Below, in pieces: positions 60,375-64,000 of a stretch of 64,000 nucleotides of DNA (the stretch's first letter is position 1; each line of letters starts with the position of its first letter). Source of the DNA: Paraspadella gotoi. Its lineage: Eukaryota > Animalia > Chaetognatha. The stretch covers positions 16,448,432 through 16,512,431 of the forward strand of contig CM119269.1 of assembly GCA_051294375.1 (NCBI GenBank). The letters run 5' to 3'. The position numbers and the translations under genes were made by a program. Below the pieces are notes generated by a model, which did no database searches, was not told the DNA's origin, and was given only the letters and a program-made list of their open reading frames with translations.

Positions 60375-60558
60375 AGAGAGACGAGAGAGAGAGAAGAGAG
60401 AGAAAGAATTCAATCTATGATCCGCCGGAGAACAACCTTGAGCAAATCCATTCGAACAGCTCGTAATTTTTTCGTTCGCGTAGAGAAATTCAAATATAGA
60501 TTTTCTTTTAATTAAGCTTCGGAAATAAAGTGAACTTACAAGAACTGAGAAATTAAAA

Positions 60559-63056
60559 ATGCCAAAAGCTCAGGCAGAGAAGGCTGAGAAGGGGACCAAG
60601 GAACCCCCTAAAGACGGGGCTAAGGAAGCCCCTAAAGACGCCGTAAAAGTAGCTCCCGAAGACGCCGCCAAAGACGCCCCAAAAGACGCCGCCAAAGACG
60701 CCCCAAAAGACGCCGCTAAAGAGGCTGCCCAAGAAGCCCCGAAAGAAGCTCCACGGGAAGCCGCCAAAGAAGCCCCAAGAGACGCCGCTAACGAAGCCCC
60801 TAAAGGTGCCGCCAAAAACGCCAAGAAGACTGAAACCAAGAAATCCACCCAAAACGCCGGTAAGAATTCCGCGAAAGAAGCTGTTAAAGTTGACGCCAAG
60901 GAAGTCAAGGACGAAGCTGAAGAATCTGAGAAAAGCGACGCCGCCGCAACCGCCGCTGCACCCGCCGCCGCCGCCTCACCCGCTGAAAGTGGCGCCGAAA
61001 AAGCCGCTGGAAACGCACCTGAAGCGATCAGCGCCGATCCGGAGGAAGACGCCGCTTACGCCGCTTATCATGCCGAACTGGAGAACCCGGAACCGGGAAG
61101 TCTCAACTGGATGCTTACCAAATTCGCCGCAGTGATTCAAAGGCAAGGCAAGCATGATGACAAGCAAAGGATTGGCGGCACGAATAAACGATTACTCTAT
61201 GGAAAGCTGGTGAAAGAAAAAAACTAAATAATTTTTTTTAAAAAAGACAATAAATTTTTTGTGGGGTTTCTTTAATTTATGATTACAATCTTATGATCTT
61301 CAAACAAATTCTTCGGCTCCGACAGAATCTGGAATTGGTTAACGATTTCCTTTTTTTCATGTAAAGTTTGTAAAGTTTTTTGGATTTAATTTTTTTTTTT
61401 TTAAGTGCAGACGAGACTCGGGATTGTTTTTTGAAAGGCGATCTAAAATTAGACATCTATAGCTGTTTTTAATACCAATCGATCAAATATATTTCACTAA
61501 GAAATGTTATATACCTGACGATCTGATTGGTTCCCCTGATGGCCTGATGCTTTTCTTTTTTATTTATTTATTTTTTATTTGGTAAAACCAATTTAATTTT
61601 TGGTTTTTTTTTTTGCCCAGGTTGGGAAAACTCGACGTGATTCAAGACAATCAAAAGGAGCTGCTTCAGCGAATCGAAAGTTGCGAGGAAAAGTTCACCA
61701 AGATTCAAGCAGTAAGTAGGTTGTTGTTGTTGTTGATTTGGTTTTGTTTGAATTTTTTTTTTTTTTTTTCTGGTTGGCTTAAAAATGGTATCTGCTTCGA
61801 TTGGACGAATCAACAAAGATTTAGGATGCATTAGAATTCTGAGACAGGACCTTGTGCGAAAAGACCTAACCCCTTTAACCGATCGGACTCAGAGAATTTT
61901 CTTACAATCTGAATGTGTCATTTATGTTATTTACATGTAATTGAGAATATGTTCCATCTCGTAAAGTAAGAAAACGGTTACTTGGTTACTTCTGAAAAGT
62001 AGACTTTCTTTTACTTTCTGTTTCACCACGATTTATCTAAAATTGAATATTAAAAACGATTGATAAACAATTTTTCAAAGTTATGTTTGACGCATTTATA
62101 ATATTGATATTCAGTTTTATATTTTGAAGTATTATTAGCGTTTTCTTATGTTTACGTTCGAAGTTTCTCGGCGGCGGCAGCGAAAAATATAATTACTCGA
62201 AAATCCTTACGAAAGCGTTTAATTGTTAAACATTTAGGATGCGGTGATCTAAGGGTAAGTTTAGCCAAGAATTTTTTTTAATTTTTGCTCTTAACATTTT
62301 GAATTGTAAAAAGAAAATTAAGTTTTTAAATTCGGAAAACGTAACAATTTTGAAGCCACATTTGATTATTTCCTGACGCATAAATAACGTTAATTTTAAT
62401 CTTTCGATGCTTTAGTTCTAATATTGAAAACTAACTTAATCGCCCTTTGATGTCTTTTGTTTTTAAATTAAATAATACCATATGTAATAATCATAAGTTT
62501 GTTAAAATCTTCTTAACTCCCGACGCAGATGTTGGGCTACGACGTCCCGGAGGGAGAGGTCCAAGACGGCATCCTTCTCGGATTCGGGAATCCTCTGCTC
62601 GATGTCATCGTCAAAGCCGAGGCCCCTTTGCTTCGGAAGTTCGGACTCAAGGTCAGTTCGGGTTCAAGGGGTTAGGATCGGGAAATGACAACGGAGTCTA
62701 AGTAACAGTAAAGCTGAAACATTTTGGAGATGCCCGCCAGTTCTCTAAGCCTCCCTGGTCCCAAAGGCAGGAATTTTATATAATCCAAATATATATATAT
62801 ATAATATATATAAATTTAGATAAGTTCTCCCTGCTTTTCTCCTTTCCCCTCGTCGATCTCTATCTGCAATCCTTTTCTCTATCTCTTCCCTTTCTCTCTC
62901 CTTCTCATTTCCCTCGCAAAAGGCCAACGATGCGATCCTCGCCGCGCCCAAGCATCTCCCGCTCTTCGACATCATCAAGCAAGCACCATACGAGCCCATT
63001 TATTTGGCCGGTAAGCGGGTTAAAGAAAAGGGAGGGTGAATGAGGTTGGGAGGGGG

Positions 63057-63091
<35 letters not shown>

Positions 63092-63795
63092 TGATGAATA
63101 TTAGAGAAAAAGGGGAAAAAATGAGAAAGTGCCTCGACAGAGAAAAAGAGAGAGAAACGTTAAAGAGTGATGTGCGAGTGGAGAAAATTAAAAACAGATC
63201 TCCTTTCAATTTTGATTACATGCAAAAAGTGAAAAAAAATTATTTCTACTTTTTTTTTTATTATTTTTAGCCGACGTCCTAGAAGAAAGGTCATAACGAG
63301 AGAAAGATGAAAAAGAGAGAGAAAGAGAAAGAGCTAGAGCGTGAGATATAAACATCGTGGCCAATGCAACGTCTTGGTGTTCCCTCATCCTCTTACTCTT
63401 GAGTTAAAATTCAGGCTCGGTTATTCCTTCATGTGTCAAATTAATTATCTCAGAATATTTAACTCAATCTAGCCGCGAGTATGAAAAGCCTTCTCAGTTT
63501 TCTCCTTTTAATAAAATTTCCTCAAACTTTGATTAGAGTTTTACGTCACATTTCCTTCGCCCCGACCACGCCCACATTCTCTCTTCTCCACCAGGCGGCG
63601 CCTGTCAAAACTCCATCCGCGTCTCCCAGTGGCTGCTGAAGAAAAATCAGGCGACGACTTTCTTCGGTTGCGTCGGAAACGACGAAGATGGCGTCAAGTT
63701 GGAAGAGGTCGCCAAACAAGGAGGTCTCTCTCTCTATCTATCTCTTCTCTCTCTTTCCTCTCTCCTCTCTCTCTTCTCTCTCCTCTCTCCTCTCT

Positions 63796-63841
<46 letters not shown>

Positions 63842-64000
63842 TCAACTTTTCACAATCTCAGTTCCTCTCAACATCACCCTCTCGTCCTTTCCTCCCCCAC
63901 GCACCTTTCCAACATCTCCGACACCCCTTTCTCCCATTCCCCCCCATCTCCCCACGCGACAAGGCGTGCGCGTGATGTACCAGCGCCATCCGACGGAACG
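60559..64000 (+). CDS. ADK: Adenosine kinase (PfkB family) with a probable long N-terminal repeat/coiled-coil extension; continues past the window end
   Basis: ADK exons 62529-62651 (ILLGFGNPLLD), 62923-63010 (ANDAILA), 63595-63724 (GGACQNSIRVSQW..FFGCVGND) and 63964 onward. Upstream exons 60559-61142 and 61621-61711 join in frame. The ADK core is high confidence; the extension is moderate. Confidence 0.85.

Noticed and set aside
60559-61227. Stand-alone histone H1-like gene
   Set aside because: No globular winged-helix domain, the composition is not net basic, and it splices in frame to ADK.

Overview
Eukaryotic (invertebrate animal-like) genomic scaffold with GC-rich exons, AT- and microsatellite-rich introns and several N gaps. 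The species cannot be identified from the sequence. The main structure is a ~46-kb minus-strand CCDC162/DUF4549-like coiled-coil gene (ATG at 50000, running down to ~7.2 kb and probably ~3.9 kb). Its introns hold four plus-strand protein-coding genes and one tRNA: AK8, a secreted 14-Cys ShK/PLAC-like protein, tRNA-Ser(AGA), a small tail-anchored protein with Bak/BH3-like motifs, and a low-complexity protein ending in a stathmin-like helix. Downstream on + are an uncharacterised gene, an SLC22 transporter and an adenosine kinase apparently extended N-terminally by a repeat plus coiled-coil region through a GC-AG intron. Two tandem duplications (13.6-26.2 kb and 36.7-39.3 kb) next to N gaps are indel-rich and look like long-read gap-filling artefacts. 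Family assignments come from manual translation and remembered family motifs, not database searches.
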